Below are positions 18,311 to 28,033 of a stretch of DNA of 64,000 bases, piece by piece. The stretch's first letter is position 1; every line of letters begins with the position of its first letter. The notes under the pieces are model-generated. The model saw only the letters and a program-made list of their open reading frames with translations, was not told the origin of the DNA and searched no databases. The stretch is from a virus, in the IMG/VR virus record IMGVR_UViG_3300020478_001251, positions 1 through 64,000 of that record; one strand, 5' to 3'. A program made the position numbers and the translations under genes.

Positions 18311-18980
18311 TATGTTCTTTACTCCTTGCTATAACTATACCTTGTTCTTTACTATGTAAAATTTTATGTAAGTTATATTCTGTTTCTAAACTATCTATAA
18401 ATTTTTTTAACTCATAATCTTTATGTGGCCACAAATAATCATGAAATACTAAATAACCATCAGGTTTTAAAAAATTTTTATAAATTAAAAAATCTGTTAA
18501 TATAGCTTCATAACTATGAAACCCATCAATAAATAACATATCAACTTTTTTACCATCTAAAAGTTTTGCAAGTTTATATATTGATGATGGTTCGTATGAT
18601 TTATTATGTATAAATCTACTTTTATAAATATCAACTTTATTATTATAAAATTTATGTAAATTATCATTAAAAGTGCGAATTCTATTAAAATCTTTTTCTA
18701 TAGTAATAACCATATCAAAAAAATATCTAAATATAAAATGTGTACTTCCAAAGTATCCCAAACCTATTTCTAAAATTATATCTCGTTCATTGACATTATT
18801 GTGTATATAATTTATAAACTCAAAAATTTCTTCTTCATTTTGTTGTATGGCTTGTGTTGGATATACTAATCCATCAACTGAATTTGCTACCATCTTTTCT
18901 TCATTAATAAAATCCACAACACCTTTATCAGATAACCAAAGTCTTAAATCATTTATTATTTTTTCTTTTCTATTTTTCAC
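18303..18980 (-). CDS. Class I SAM methyltransferase (Methyltransf_24-like)
   Basis: ILEIGLGYFGST, DMLFIDGFHSYE, LKPDGYLVFHD. Confidence 0.85.
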   Translation of the reverse strand: MKNRKEKIINDLRLWLSDKGVVDFINEEKMVANSVDGLVYPTQAIQQNEEEIFEFINYIHNNVNERDIILEIGLGYFGSTHFIFRYFFDMVITIEKDFNRIRTFNDNLHKFYNNKVDIYKSRFIHNKSYEPSSIYKLAKLLDGKKVDMLFIDGFHSYEAILTDFLIYKNFLKPDGYLVFHDYLWPHKDYELKKFIDSLETEYNLHKILHSKEQGIVIARSKEHNV

Positions 18981-19740
18981 TTATTACCTCTATTATTCTA
19001 TCAGCAACAATCTCATGTGCTTCTGGTGTTAAATGTGAATCCATGTATTCACCATTAGTTAAATGTTCAAAAGTTTGTTTATTATGAGATGCCCAATTAC
19101 CAAGTGAATGTGGTGAAGCTTTTGATTCAAATTTTATCAAATTAGGAACATCAACTATTGTTTCACAATGTTCCCAAGTAATCCAATATATTTCTTTTCT
19201 CATATTACTAAATAAATCAACATATTGTGCAATTTTTTTCTGAGCCTGTTCTTCATTATAAATTAACTCTAAATATTCTTTATACATATCAGCCAATTTT
19301 ACCATTTTTGGTTCATTATTAAAAGGTGTATTCTGATATTCGTATGAATTTAAATTATAAAATTTTTCCATCAATTCAAACCACCAAAGAACTCTTGTCT
19401 TTAATGTAAGTTGAACTACAAGTTTATCATAGTTATATAAATTTTCATAAAGAACATCAAAAATATTTTCATTTGAATTACAAGATAGAGCAAGATTATC
19501 CACTTGACACTTTAATTTTTTACCAATTAATGTAGAAAATTTATGTTCATCTCTATATTGTTTATATAATATACCTCTCTCCATAGATAAATCTTTTAAA
19601 TCAATTTCTAAATTAGGATGGGTTGTTCTTATATTCCATTTCTCATCAATTAAGTTGTGTTTTAATGCATAAGTATTCCATTCAAAAGAATCCAATCCAC
19701 CACCCTCAGTAAAACTACAACCAAAAAATCCTATCTTCAT
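18970..19740 (-). CDS. SGNH/GDSL-like acyl hydrolase or transferase
   Basis: FFGCSFTEG at the N-terminus and DSHLTPEAH at the C-terminus. Confidence 0.7.
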   Translation of the reverse strand: MKIGFFGCSFTEGGGLDSFEWNTYALKHNLIDEKWNIRTTHPNLEIDLKDLSMERGILYKQYRDEHKFSTLIGKKLKCQVDNLALSCNSNENIFDVLYENLYNYDKLVVQLTLKTRVLWWFELMEKFYNLNSYEYQNTPFNNEPKMVKLADMYKEYLELIYNEEQAQKKIAQYVDLFSNMRKEIYWITWEHCETIVDVPNLIKFESKASPHSLGNWASHNKQTFEHLTNGEYMDSHLTPEAHEIVADRIIEVISEK

Positions 19741-20240
19741 GAATCTCTCCTACTTAATATTGGATTAGTTACTGGCCAATCTATTTTTAACATTGGGTCA
19801 TTCCATTTAACTGATATTTGGTCTTTCCAATCTACATAATCATCTGGATAAGATTGTGTATAATGAAATAAACATTCATCACTTAAACATAAATGTCCAT
19901 TTAAAAATCCTGGTGGAACTAAAACACTTTTATGATTTCTATCAGATATTAAAAAAGTATCATATTCTAAATAATTTTCACTTTCTTCTCTAAAATCTAC
20001 TACAACTAAATATATTTCTCCCCAAACACAACTAATATGTTTCCAAGTTACATCATCTCCATGCAAACCACGAAGAACATTTTTTCTTGAACGAGTAAAC
20101 TTAGAAATTTTTTCTGTTGGTGTATCCATTGATTGTTCCCAAAATGTCCACATTTCACCTCTAAACTCATGGTGTGGTTCAGGAACATAAACTTTTACTT
20201 CTGGTAAAGTTATTGAACTACTTTCTTTATATTTAAACAT
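19737..20240 (-). CDS. rmlC: dTDP-4-dehydrorhamnose 3,5-epimerase family
   Basis: SRKNVLRGLH, VVVDFRE.S, VLVPPGFLNGH, WNDP..IDWP, PILSRRD. Confidence 0.9.
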   Translation of the reverse strand: MFKYKESSSITLPEVKVYVPEPHHEFRGEMWTFWEQSMDTPTEKISKFTRSRKNVLRGLHGDDVTWKHISCVWGEIYLVVVDFREESENYLEYDTFLISDRNHKSVLVPPGFLNGHLCLSDECLFHYTQSYPDDYVDWKDQISVKWNDPMLKIDWPVTNPILSRRDS

Positions 20241-21552
20241 TTAAATTCTCCCTCATTTGTTTATATGTTTTTAAGGTAACTTTAGTATGAAAATCAACAT
20301 ACTCTTCTCCATACTTTAATATAAGTCTCTGATTATGAATTAGAATATCCATCATTTGATAATACCAATCATGCATATCTTCCTCACTCATACTACAAAT
20401 ACGAATAACTTCATCCGTAAATTTTTGCATTCGTTTTCCATTATCAGATTCATCATCATAACTCTCATCTATATAAGGTTCAAAAGTTTTAAATCCTAAT
20501 TTTCTTATTTCTTTTAAAGTTCCTTTAGAACCATGAACTATAAATGGATGAAAATGTAACATAGGTCTCCAAACCTTTTCAGAAGTCATTCCCATCTTTT
20601 CATTAAATGGTGTTTCCGTTACAATTGAAAAATAAGTATTTAAATATGGTTCTTTATTTTCACAACCAGGACCCATAACATCTAATAAATTAGGAAAATC
20701 AACGGTCAATGGCGACATCTCCATTAAATCATTATAATAATTCATATAAGTTTCAATCAAATCATTATCTCTTCCCATTGTATTAACCATCGTTGGTAAA
20801 TCTGGAAAACCACTATGTCCTAAACAATTTAAATTAGGTATTTTTTCTATTGAGAAACTTATAAGATTATTTTTTATCAAATTATTATGATGTAACATAG
20901 CCATAACTGCATATCGTGGTGGTCTAATTCTTCTATTAAAACATAAAAATTGATGTTTTCTTTTTTCTCTCCTAAGAACATCTGTTCCTGTTACAAATGT
21001 TCCTTTACTAAATGCTAAATCTCCACCTTTCATATACATTTGTGAAAAACTATTTACAATTAAAATTGGTTTTTCTTTTTTTAAACTACACCATCTTTTA
21101 TACTTTTTAATTTCTGTATAATTATGTCCTGTAATATAATTAACAACATCCGTTGGAACTTCAAATTTATTACACAACTCGTGTAAATAAGTAAAAGTTC
21201 TAAAATCTACCCTACTTTCTTCAAAAGCAAGTATTGATATAATTCCCTGTTTCTTACGAATCTTATCTAAAGTTTTAGGTTTTATATGATGAAAAAAACA
21301 AAACTCTGCATATTTTTCATCCCTACCAATTAATTTTTCTACAGCACCATATTGATGTATAGGATATATAAAATCAGTATCAACTTTATCTGATTCTATA
21401 ATTGGTGTGCTATACTCAAACATTTCATGAACAGTCGGTTCTTTTTTAAAATAATTAGTATATTCATCTACAGATTCAATATACTTAAAATTTCTTGGAT
21501 AACCATTTGGTACTGGTTTACCATTTATTATTCTATCATAAGCAAAAATCAT
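20233..21552 (-). CDS. Putative GT-B glycosyltransferase (GT10-like C-terminal motif)
   Basis: CFNRRIRPPR, FSIVTET..SEKVWRP..HPFI..GFKTF..DESYD. Confidence 0.55.
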   Translation of the reverse strand: MIFAYDRIINGKPVPNGYPRNFKYIESVDEYTNYFKKEPTVHEMFEYSTPIIESDKVDTDFIYPIHQYGAVEKLIGRDEKYAEFCFFHHIKPKTLDKIRKKQGIISILAFEESRVDFRTFTYLHELCNKFEVPTDVVNYITGHNYTEIKKYKRWCSLKKEKPILIVNSFSQMYMKGGDLAFSKGTFVTGTDVLRREKRKHQFLCFNRRIRPPRYAVMAMLHHNNLIKNNLISFSIEKIPNLNCLGHSGFPDLPTMVNTMGRDNDLIETYMNYYNDLMEMSPLTVDFPNLLDVMGPGCENKEPYLNTYFSIVTETPFNEKMGMTSEKVWRPMLHFHPFIVHGSKGTLKEIRKLGFKTFEPYIDESYDDESDNGKRMQKFTDEVIRICSMSEEDMHDWYYQMMDILIHNQRLILKYGEEYVDFHTKVTLKTYKQMRENLNV

Positions 21553-22518
21553 TTATACCTCATGTCCATAACTTAGTGGAAACGCATTTCTATAATGAGA
21601 ACTCTCTTGTGGAACTATCATTTTATATGCTTTAATTAATTCCTGTATCCCATCATCTAAACTATAAGATGGTTTCCAACCCGTTGATTCTATTTTATCA
21701 TTACTAACAATATAATCTCGTTTATCAGGGTCTTCAAAATAATCAGAATAAGTTACTGATATATTTGGGATATGATTCTGTATCCTTTCAACTAATTGTT
21801 GTTTATTAATATTAGTATCAGATAAACCTACATTAAATATTTGATTTTTATGTGTATCATAATGTGTAATCATCCACTCAAAAACTGAAGCAACATCTTG
21901 TATATGAATAAAATTACGAACAAATTGTTTTTCAAAAATAGTGATATATTTATCAGTTAGTAATTTATATACAAACTCATTTACTAATAAATCTAATCTC
22001 ATTCTACTTGATACACCAAAGACAGTAGCTAATCTAAATATTATACCATTACTAAATGACTTAATATAATTTTCAGCATCACATTTAGTTTGACCATAAT
22101 GTGAAATTGGTGTAAGTTTATTTTTTTCTGTAACCTCTCCACCAGTTCTACTTCCATATCCACTATTAGTATTTGGAAATAATAACTTTTGGTCTTTATC
22201 AAGATTATCTACTATATCTTTTATATGATGATAATTTATCGCAGTAGCTAATTGTTTATCATTTTCACACGCGGGAAATCCCACTAAAGCTGCAAGTGGA
22301 ATTATAACATCATGTTTATTAACTTGTTCTATCAATAACTTGTAATCACGAACATCACCATAAATAAAATTAAAATTTTTATTATTACTTAAATCTATTA
22401 ATGATGTTTGATTATACATCAAGTTATCGATTATTGTTACTTGATTATTTTTTAATAATCTTCGTGTAAGTGCTGAACCTAAATATCCAGCACCACCCGT
22501 AATCAATATTCTATTCAT
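21553..22518 (-). CDS. NAD-dependent NDP-sugar epimerase/dehydratase
   Basis: ILITGGAGYLGS, YGQTK, RNFIHIQD. Confidence 0.9.
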   Translation of the reverse strand: MNRILITGGAGYLGSALTRRLLKNNQVTIIDNLMYNQTSLIDLSNNKNFNFIYGDVRDYKLLIEQVNKHDVIIPLAALVGFPACENDKQLATAINYHHIKDIVDNLDKDQKLLFPNTNSGYGSRTGGEVTEKNKLTPISHYGQTKCDAENYIKSFSNGIIFRLATVFGVSSRMRLDLLVNEFVYKLLTDKYITIFEKQFVRNFIHIQDVASVFEWMITHYDTHKNQIFNVGLSDTNINKQQLVERIQNHIPNISVTYSDYFEDPDKRDYIVSNDKIESTGWKPSYSLDDGIQELIKAYKMIVPQESSHYRNAFPLSYGHEV

Positions 22519-23275
22519 ACCAATGTTTTCCTTTTAACTTATATACATCAATTGCCTCTCGTTTCATATGATTACCTTTATTGAAGTGTGCACCTTTTTT
22601 CAAGTACCCACCAAGTAAAGCTCTTCTAAAACGAGTTTTTGATTTATTAGGTTCTGAACCATGAACACAATGAGAATGTATGATTGTCATTTGTCCTTTT
22701 TTTCCATTACAATATTCCTTTTGAAAATTATGACCTTCAGGCATAACACAAGGTTTACCTCTTTCATTAGTCCAATTTTTAGGATTTGTTTTTGTTCTCT
22801 CTTTATCTACCTCGATAGGTAATAGTGGTAAAAAGTGTGAACCAGGATAACACCATACTGCACCATTCTCTTCATCATGGTCTTCCAATGCTATTGAAGT
22901 ATTTATAACTTCATTAAAATTACATCCAGTATAAAAAACATTCTGATGCATATCTCTTCCTAATTCTCCTGGTTTTTTAAAATACGCCCAATCTTGTAAT
23001 CCAATAATTTCATCACACTCTAATAATACTTCTGCAACCTCAATTATTTTTGGATGTACAAAATACTTTTCCAATAACTCTGATTCTTTATGTGGATAAG
23101 CATATGGTTCATATTCACTCCATTCTCCATTTTCATTTCTTTTTAATCTTAACTTATCAAGTTCATCATTAAGGATATCACAAACATACTCATCAAGTAT
23201 ATCAACTTGAGTGAATCCTTTATACAACCAATCTGATTTGATTCGTTGTTTTTCCGTATCTGTTAAAAACGCCAT
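22511..23275 (-). CDS. PhyH-family Fe(II)/2-oxoglutarate dioxygenase
   Basis: MHQN (HxD variant), ENGAVWCYPGSH, VHGSEPN..R. Confidence 0.85.
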   Translation of the reverse strand: MAFLTDTEKQRIKSDWLYKGFTQVDILDEYVCDILNDELDKLRLKRNENGEWSEYEPYAYPHKESELLEKYFVHPKIIEVAEVLLECDEIIGLQDWAYFKKPGELGRDMHQNVFYTGCNFNEVINTSIALEDHDEENGAVWCYPGSHFLPLLPIEVDKERTKTNPKNWTNERGKPCVMPEGHNFQKEYCNGKKGQMTIIHSHCVHGSEPNKSKTRFRRALLGGYLKKGAHFNKGNHMKREAIDVYKLKGKHWYE

Positions 23276-23284
23276 TTTATCTCC

Positions 23285-23914
23285 TTAAAATACTACCCAC
23301 TTACCTGTGCCATAATGTGGATAGACCCTCTCATACTGATAATATAAAACATCATCAGGTATAGGACTTCTTTTTTTCCAAGTTTCTAATGTAGGTGTAT
23401 TTGTAGATATACCATTATCTTCTACTACAAACTTTATTGGTAAATCAAAGTTTTTAGAATATTTGTAAGCAAGATGAAAATCTCCTGTTTCAAATGCCAT
23501 ATCTCCAACAAAACACCACACCATCCTATCACTCTTTTTGTTCTTTAAAGATTGTGCAACTCCAACCGCTATAGGTAGAATACCACCAACGATTGCACTC
23601 GATACAAAATTATGAGAAGAATTTGTTAATGTTATACTCATTCCACTTAAAATATCAGATTCTAATTTATCTGGACTAACACCATGTAATAATGCATGAT
23701 AATGACTTCTCCAAGTAGAGAATACCCAATCTTCTGGATTTACATATTGAAATATTTCAATAAGTTGTTTTTCATTACCACCAGATAAATGAACTGGACC
23801 TGTAATTTTCCCATTCTCCCAAGAGTCTTTTATTTTAAGTTCGAATTCTTTTAAGAAATCTTCTGTAAGTGTGATTTCTCTTTGTTTTTTTAAATCTTTT
23901 ATATTTTTCACCAT
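23285..23914 (-). CDS. ThDP-dependent enzyme, E1-alpha-like subunit
   Basis: GPVHLSGGNE, STWRSHYH, SAIVGG, ThDP motif GDMAFETG...VEDN. Confidence 0.85.
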   Translation of the reverse strand: MVKNIKDLKKQREITLTEDFLKEFELKIKDSWENGKITGPVHLSGGNEKQLIEIFQYVNPEDWVFSTWRSHYHALLHGVSPDKLESDILSGMSITLTNSSHNFVSSAIVGGILPIAVGVAQSLKNKKSDRMVWCFVGDMAFETGDFHLAYKYSKNFDLPIKFVVEDNGISTNTPTLETWKKRSPIPDDVLYYQYERVYPHYGTGKWVVF

Positions 23915-24597
23915 ATTTTCTCCAAAAACTTTGTTAAATCTTTTCCCAGTTTTTTATTATCTTCCTTATCTAAATGTGTAGGAAAATAATTTTCCTCAAC
24001 ACTTGATATATAATTTCTTAAGTCTGTTTCTTTTGTTAATCCAAATGTTAAATCATTTATAGGATGATTTTTTAATGTTTTACTAAAATGTGAATCTTGA
24101 TTAGTATATAAAAAAGCACTAAAACAAAAATTAATTTTATAAAATGTTAATATCTGATATAACACAATAGGAAACCAAGCATTCATTTCAACTCCCCACC
24201 AATGAATTGTTTCTATATTATCAACTGATTTGAAATCAATTAAAGCTTTAATATCTGGTAAGTTAAGAACATTACCAGTTTTTAATTTATATGGATGTTG
24301 TATTCTACCTATACTTGATAAACCAATTATAACTTTATCATCTTTTTTTATTTCGTTATTTCGTATTAATTCATTCAATTTTACTGAATGATAATACATA
24401 CTACAACCAGCTTGTGAATGATTTTTTACTTCATCAAAACCTAAATTGTTCTTTACAATATTAATCCATTGATGTGAATTATTATATTCCTCTGTTGGGT
24501 CAATTGTGTTTTTATCATCTTTGAAAGTAGTCCACCAATCAAAATCACAACAAAAACTATCACCAATTATATGTAAAGTTTTACTCATAGAAATCAT
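23908..24597 (-). CDS. SGNH/GDSL-like protein
   Basis: IIGDSFC, NHSQAGCS, THLDKEDN. Confidence 0.65.
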   Translation of the reverse strand: MISMSKTLHIIGDSFCCDFDWWTTFKDDKNTIDPTEEYNNSHQWINIVKNNLGFDEVKNHSQAGCSMYYHSVKLNELIRNNEIKKDDKVIIGLSSIGRIQHPYKLKTGNVLNLPDIKALIDFKSVDNIETIHWWGVEMNAWFPIVLYQILTFYKINFCFSAFLYTNQDSHFSKTLKNHPINDLTFGLTKETDLRNYISSVEENYFPTHLDKEDNKKLGKDLTKFLEKIW

Positions 24598-25531
24598 TAT
24601 ACCATTTTATAGTTTTTCGTATACCTTCTTCTAATGTTGTGTTTGCCTTCCATCCGTATTTTTGTAACATTTTATTAGAATTTATTTTTCTAATTGGAAT
24701 CATAGATGGTTTGCCACTAATATGTTCAATTGGTGCTTCATAGTTTTCAACACTCATACAAATATCTAATATTTCATTTACACTATAATCTGTACCTGAA
24801 CCAATGTTTACTACTTCATGTTTCTCATTACAATTTTCCATAACATTTACTAAACCATCTACAAAATCATCAATATAAATCACATCTCTAATATCTTCAC
24901 CATCACCCCAAACTTGAATTGGATTATGTTTATCAATCACTTTTCTAATTGTTGCAGGTGTAACATGACATCTATCAAACTCCCACTTATCATGTGGCCC
25001 ATAACAATTTGCTGGACGAATCACTAAACAATCCATACTTGGTGATAAATGGTTTGCATATAAATCACACAACACCTCACCATATCTTTTCATCCAACCA
25101 ACTGCGTGATAAACTGGATATGGTTCATCAAATATATTCCAAGTTTCATCTACTGATTTTTCATCACTTGGTGGATAGACCGTTGAACTACTAATGAACA
25201 CATATCGTAATACTTTATTAAAATATGCAGCTTCAATTAATTGTGTGTTCACTATCACATTTGGTGTAACATGAACTAATGGTGATTTGACTGTGTCAAC
25301 CGCATTAGATGTATTAGCTGAACAATTAATAACTACATCCATACCCTCTGTAATTTCCTTACAAAATTCCATATCTCGTAAATCACCATAAAAGTATTTT
25401 ACACCATCTACTTCTTTTTTATTTTTATGTATTGTTCCATATACTTCATGTCCATCTTTTAATAATCTTTCCGCAAGATTATATCCAATTAAACCTGAAG
25501 TACCTGTAATTAAAATTTTCATTAGTACCAC
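24581..25531 (-). CDS. NAD(P)-dependent NDP-sugar epimerase/reductase (GDP-fucose synthase-like)
   Basis: ILITGTSGLIG, FISSSTVYP, RPANCYGPHD, VWGDGEDIRDVIYIDD. The catalytic YxxxK appears as VGWMK. Confidence 0.85.
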   Translation of the reverse strand: MVLMKILITGTSGLIGYNLAERLLKDGHEVYGTIHKNKKEVDGVKYFYGDLRDMEFCKEITEGMDVVINCSANTSNAVDTVKSPLVHVTPNVIVNTQLIEAAYFNKVLRYVFISSSTVYPPSDEKSVDETWNIFDEPYPVYHAVGWMKRYGEVLCDLYANHLSPSMDCLVIRPANCYGPHDKWEFDRCHVTPATIRKVIDKHNPIQVWGDGEDIRDVIYIDDFVDGLVNVMENCNEKHEVVNIGSGTDYSVNEILDICMSVENYEAPIEHISGKPSMIPIRKINSNKMLQKYGWKANTTLEEGIRKTIKWYNDFYE

Positions 25532-26409
25532 TCCTGTATTTTTTCACTTAAATATTTTCCATAAACTTTATGTCCATTATAACTTGGATGTGAATCTGAA
25601 TAAGAATAAGGTTTCGTTCTTTCATTATCATAATATCCAGCTATAAGCCCATCTAAATCTTCTTTAATTATTAAGTTTTTTTCCTTACAAAAAGTTTTTG
25701 GATGTTTTATAAATTTAATATATTCCCATTCTTGTTTAAATAAACTTTTAAACTTTTTAATAAACTTTTTATCATTACAAAATTCAAATATCCAACCTGT
25801 TTTATCAGGATTGTCATCCGTAAGTATTAATGGTATTTTATTATTTTCACAATGTAACATTATACCATACATTGAAATTATTTCTTTTTTAAAATGTAAA
25901 ACACAATCAGGATTAAATAAGTGTTTATAATAATTTTTTAATGGTTCATAAACAACATTCTTATCTTCATTAGATTTTAAAGTTTTATAATTTCTTTGAC
26001 CTCCTGTATTTTCAAACGATTCTAAAATCATTTCTGTAGTCATGTTTGTATTTACTTTTATATAATCATTTAATTTTGTAGAAAAAAATTCATCTCGTAA
26101 TCCACCTGGATATTCTAAAACAAATAAAGTATTTAATTCACTATTATTAGAAACATACTCCCAAAACATTCTAACAATTCTATTCCAACTACCACCTTGT
26201 TGTGCTTTATTAATAACTTCTACATCTAATTCATCTGATACTCTTTGTGGATAAGCCACTTCTTTATGGTGTTTCCAATAAACATCCATAATTTCTTTAT
26301 AACCCTTTATCGGCCAAACTGCATATGAATCTTCTTCACTTGGTATTTCTAATCCACCACCAGCAGTATATGAACATCCATTAAAATATATTTTATTGAA
26401 TTGATTCAT
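25522..26409 (-). CDS. SGNH/GDSL-like protein
   Basis: YFNGCSYTAGGG, NKAQQGGS, DSHPSYNGH. Confidence 0.7.
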   Translation of the reverse strand: MNQFNKIYFNGCSYTAGGGLEIPSEEDSYAVWPIKGYKEIMDVYWKHHKEVAYPQRVSDELDVEVINKAQQGGSWNRIVRMFWEYVSNNSELNTLFVLEYPGGLRDEFFSTKLNDYIKVNTNMTTEMILESFENTGGQRNYKTLKSNEDKNVVYEPLKNYYKHLFNPDCVLHFKKEIISMYGIMLHCENNKIPLILTDDNPDKTGWIFEFCNDKKFIKKFKSLFKQEWEYIKFIKHPKTFCKEKNLIIKEDLDGLIAGYYDNERTKPYSYSDSHPSYNGHKVYGKYLSEKIQEWY

Positions 26410-27310
26410 AATATTCTATTGTTTCCTTTATCCCAACTTCCAATGAATGACTTCTTCTGAATCCATATTCTTCCATCCTTGTGGTATCCATCTGTCTTCT
26501 CATATCACCATTTGGTTTTGTTGTATCATAATCTATTTCTTGATTATAATGATTTGCAATTATTTCTGCAATATCTGATATTCTAACTTCCTCACCACTA
26601 CCAAGATTTATTGTATCATTAATTTTATTTTGAACCATATATAACATACCACGAGCAACATCTTTTGAATAAATAAAATCTCTTATAGGTGAACCATCTC
26701 CCCATACCTCTAATATATCATTGTTGTCGTGATATGCTTTTTTAATTAATGAAGCTATGACCGTAGATTCATCACCAAAATTATCATAAGGCCCGTAAAT
26801 ATTTGCGGGTCTAACAATGGATATATTTTTATAATCGTTTGTAATACTAATTGCTTCACAACTTAACTCTCCCATTCGTTTTATATATGCAGGAATTTTA
26901 TCATTTGGACTTGGAACTTTATTCCATACATCATCTTCTTTATAATACTCACTTGGTGGATAAACACCAATCGAACTTGTATATAGAAACCAATCTGGTT
27001 TCCATTGTCCAACCGCCTGTATAACATTTGTATCAAATTGTAACATCGGTAAGTAATCAGCTGGTGATTCCTTTACTCTTAATGGTGAACCCTTTATTCC
27101 TGCTAAGTGATAAACATGATTATAATCTGCAACGATACTTGCATTAGTTTTAAAGGTCATATCACAAGGTTCATAATCAACATTAGCTGGTAAATCTTGT
27201 GGAATACTATAACCTACATCTGCAACACAAACTTCATCATAAACTATGGAACACAACTCTGTAAGTTGTCTTCCAACCATTCCTCTTCCACCTATTATTA
27301 ACGCTTTCAT
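26393..27310 (-). CDS. NAD(P)-dependent NDP-sugar epimerase/reductase (WcaG-like)
   Basis: LIIGGRGMVG, RPANIYGPYDNF, VWGDGSPIRDFIYSKD, DTTKPNG. The catalytic YxxxK appears as PAYIK. Confidence 0.85.
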   Translation of the reverse strand: MKALIIGGRGMVGRQLTELCSIVYDEVCVADVGYSIPQDLPANVDYEPCDMTFKTNASIVADYNHVYHLAGIKGSPLRVKESPADYLPMLQFDTNVIQAVGQWKPDWFLYTSSIGVYPPSEYYKEDDVWNKVPSPNDKIPAYIKRMGELSCEAISITNDYKNISIVRPANIYGPYDNFGDESTVIASLIKKAYHDNNDILEVWGDGSPIRDFIYSKDVARGMLYMVQNKINDTINLGSGEEVRISDIAEIIANHYNQEIDYDTTKPNGDMRRQMDTTRMEEYGFRRSHSLEVGIKETIEYYESIQ

Positions 27311-27891
27311 TAGTATCCGTACCTATCTACATATTCAACAAATATACTTGGTTTTGCATTTGGTTCTAAAAACTTTTTATAAGCAGGAATTATATCTTCA
27401 GGAGTTTTTAATTCTACAACATCAACATACTTTAACATTAACTTAAACGCTTCTGTATAATTTGATTTATGTTGTATACCAGGGTCTATCGGTGAACTTG
27501 TTGGAACTGCAACTCTAATACCAACTACTGGATTAAAATCACCTTGTGAATATTCTTTAAGTTTATCTAAATGTGTACATAATTGATTTGCAGCTAAAAT
27601 TAAGAAATCCCATCGTGGATAAAAAGATAATGGTCGATAACCATCTAATGCCAATCCATTACAAAACCCAAGTTGAAATTCCTCTGCGACTGGCATTTCA
27701 ATCATTTGTTTCTCTGTAACATTTTTTAATGTAGATGACATAGGATTACCTGGAAAAACTATTTGTTGACCGACAAAAATAACTCTTTCATCTTTTGATA
27801 AAAAAGTCATTGCATCAGTTAAATTATCTTTATAGGTTGATTTTGCATTACCAACTTGAATATTTTTCAAGTCATCTTTCTTGATGTCCAT
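27310..27891 (-). CDS. ThDP-dependent enzyme, E1-beta/transketolase pyrimidine-binding subunit (no C-terminal domain)
   Basis: VGQQI, EMPVAEEFQLGFCNGLALDG, DFLILAANQL, GIQH. Confidence 0.85.
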   Translation of the reverse strand: MDIKKDDLKNIQVGNAKSTYKDNLTDAMTFLSKDERVIFVGQQIVFPGNPMSSTLKNVTEKQMIEMPVAEEFQLGFCNGLALDGYRPLSFYPRWDFLILAANQLCTHLDKLKEYSQGDFNPVVGIRVAVPTSSPIDPGIQHKSNYTEAFKLMLKYVDVVELKTPEDIIPAYKKFLEPNAKPSIFVEYVDRYGY

Positions 27892-28003
27892 AACTATTGC
27901 CTCCCATAGACGAAGGCATCTTTAAATGCCTCCCGTTATTTTTTATAGTCTAATAGTGGGTTAGGACTTTCAGGAATCTCACCCGAGTTATCACTATATG
28001 ACT
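27892..28003 (-). promoter_or_regulatory. Structured 5' leader with alternative Shine-Dalgarno-sequestering hairpins (riboswitch-like)
   Basis: Nested stem-loop at 28003-27947, then ACGGGAGGCAU/AUGCCUUCGU, whose 3' arm can alternatively pair with the SD GGGAGGCA. Confidence 0.55.
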
Positions 28004-28033
28004 CTTCATATATAAATATCTATAATCTCAATT

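Noticed and set aside
23285-27891. Auxiliary pyruvate dehydrogenase or transketolase for central metabolism
   Set aside because: Subunits are truncated, no E2/E3 is present in the window, and the context is sugar-nucleotide enzymes.
27947-28003. Canonical TPP riboswitch (fragments ACUCGGG, UGAGA, CCUGA and AAGUC upstream of a ThDP-enzyme gene)
   Set aside because: The P3 and P4/P5 arms of the TPP aptamer are missing and the element is too short. It is kept only as an unclassified structured leader. It is also not a tRNA, as no cloverleaf forms.
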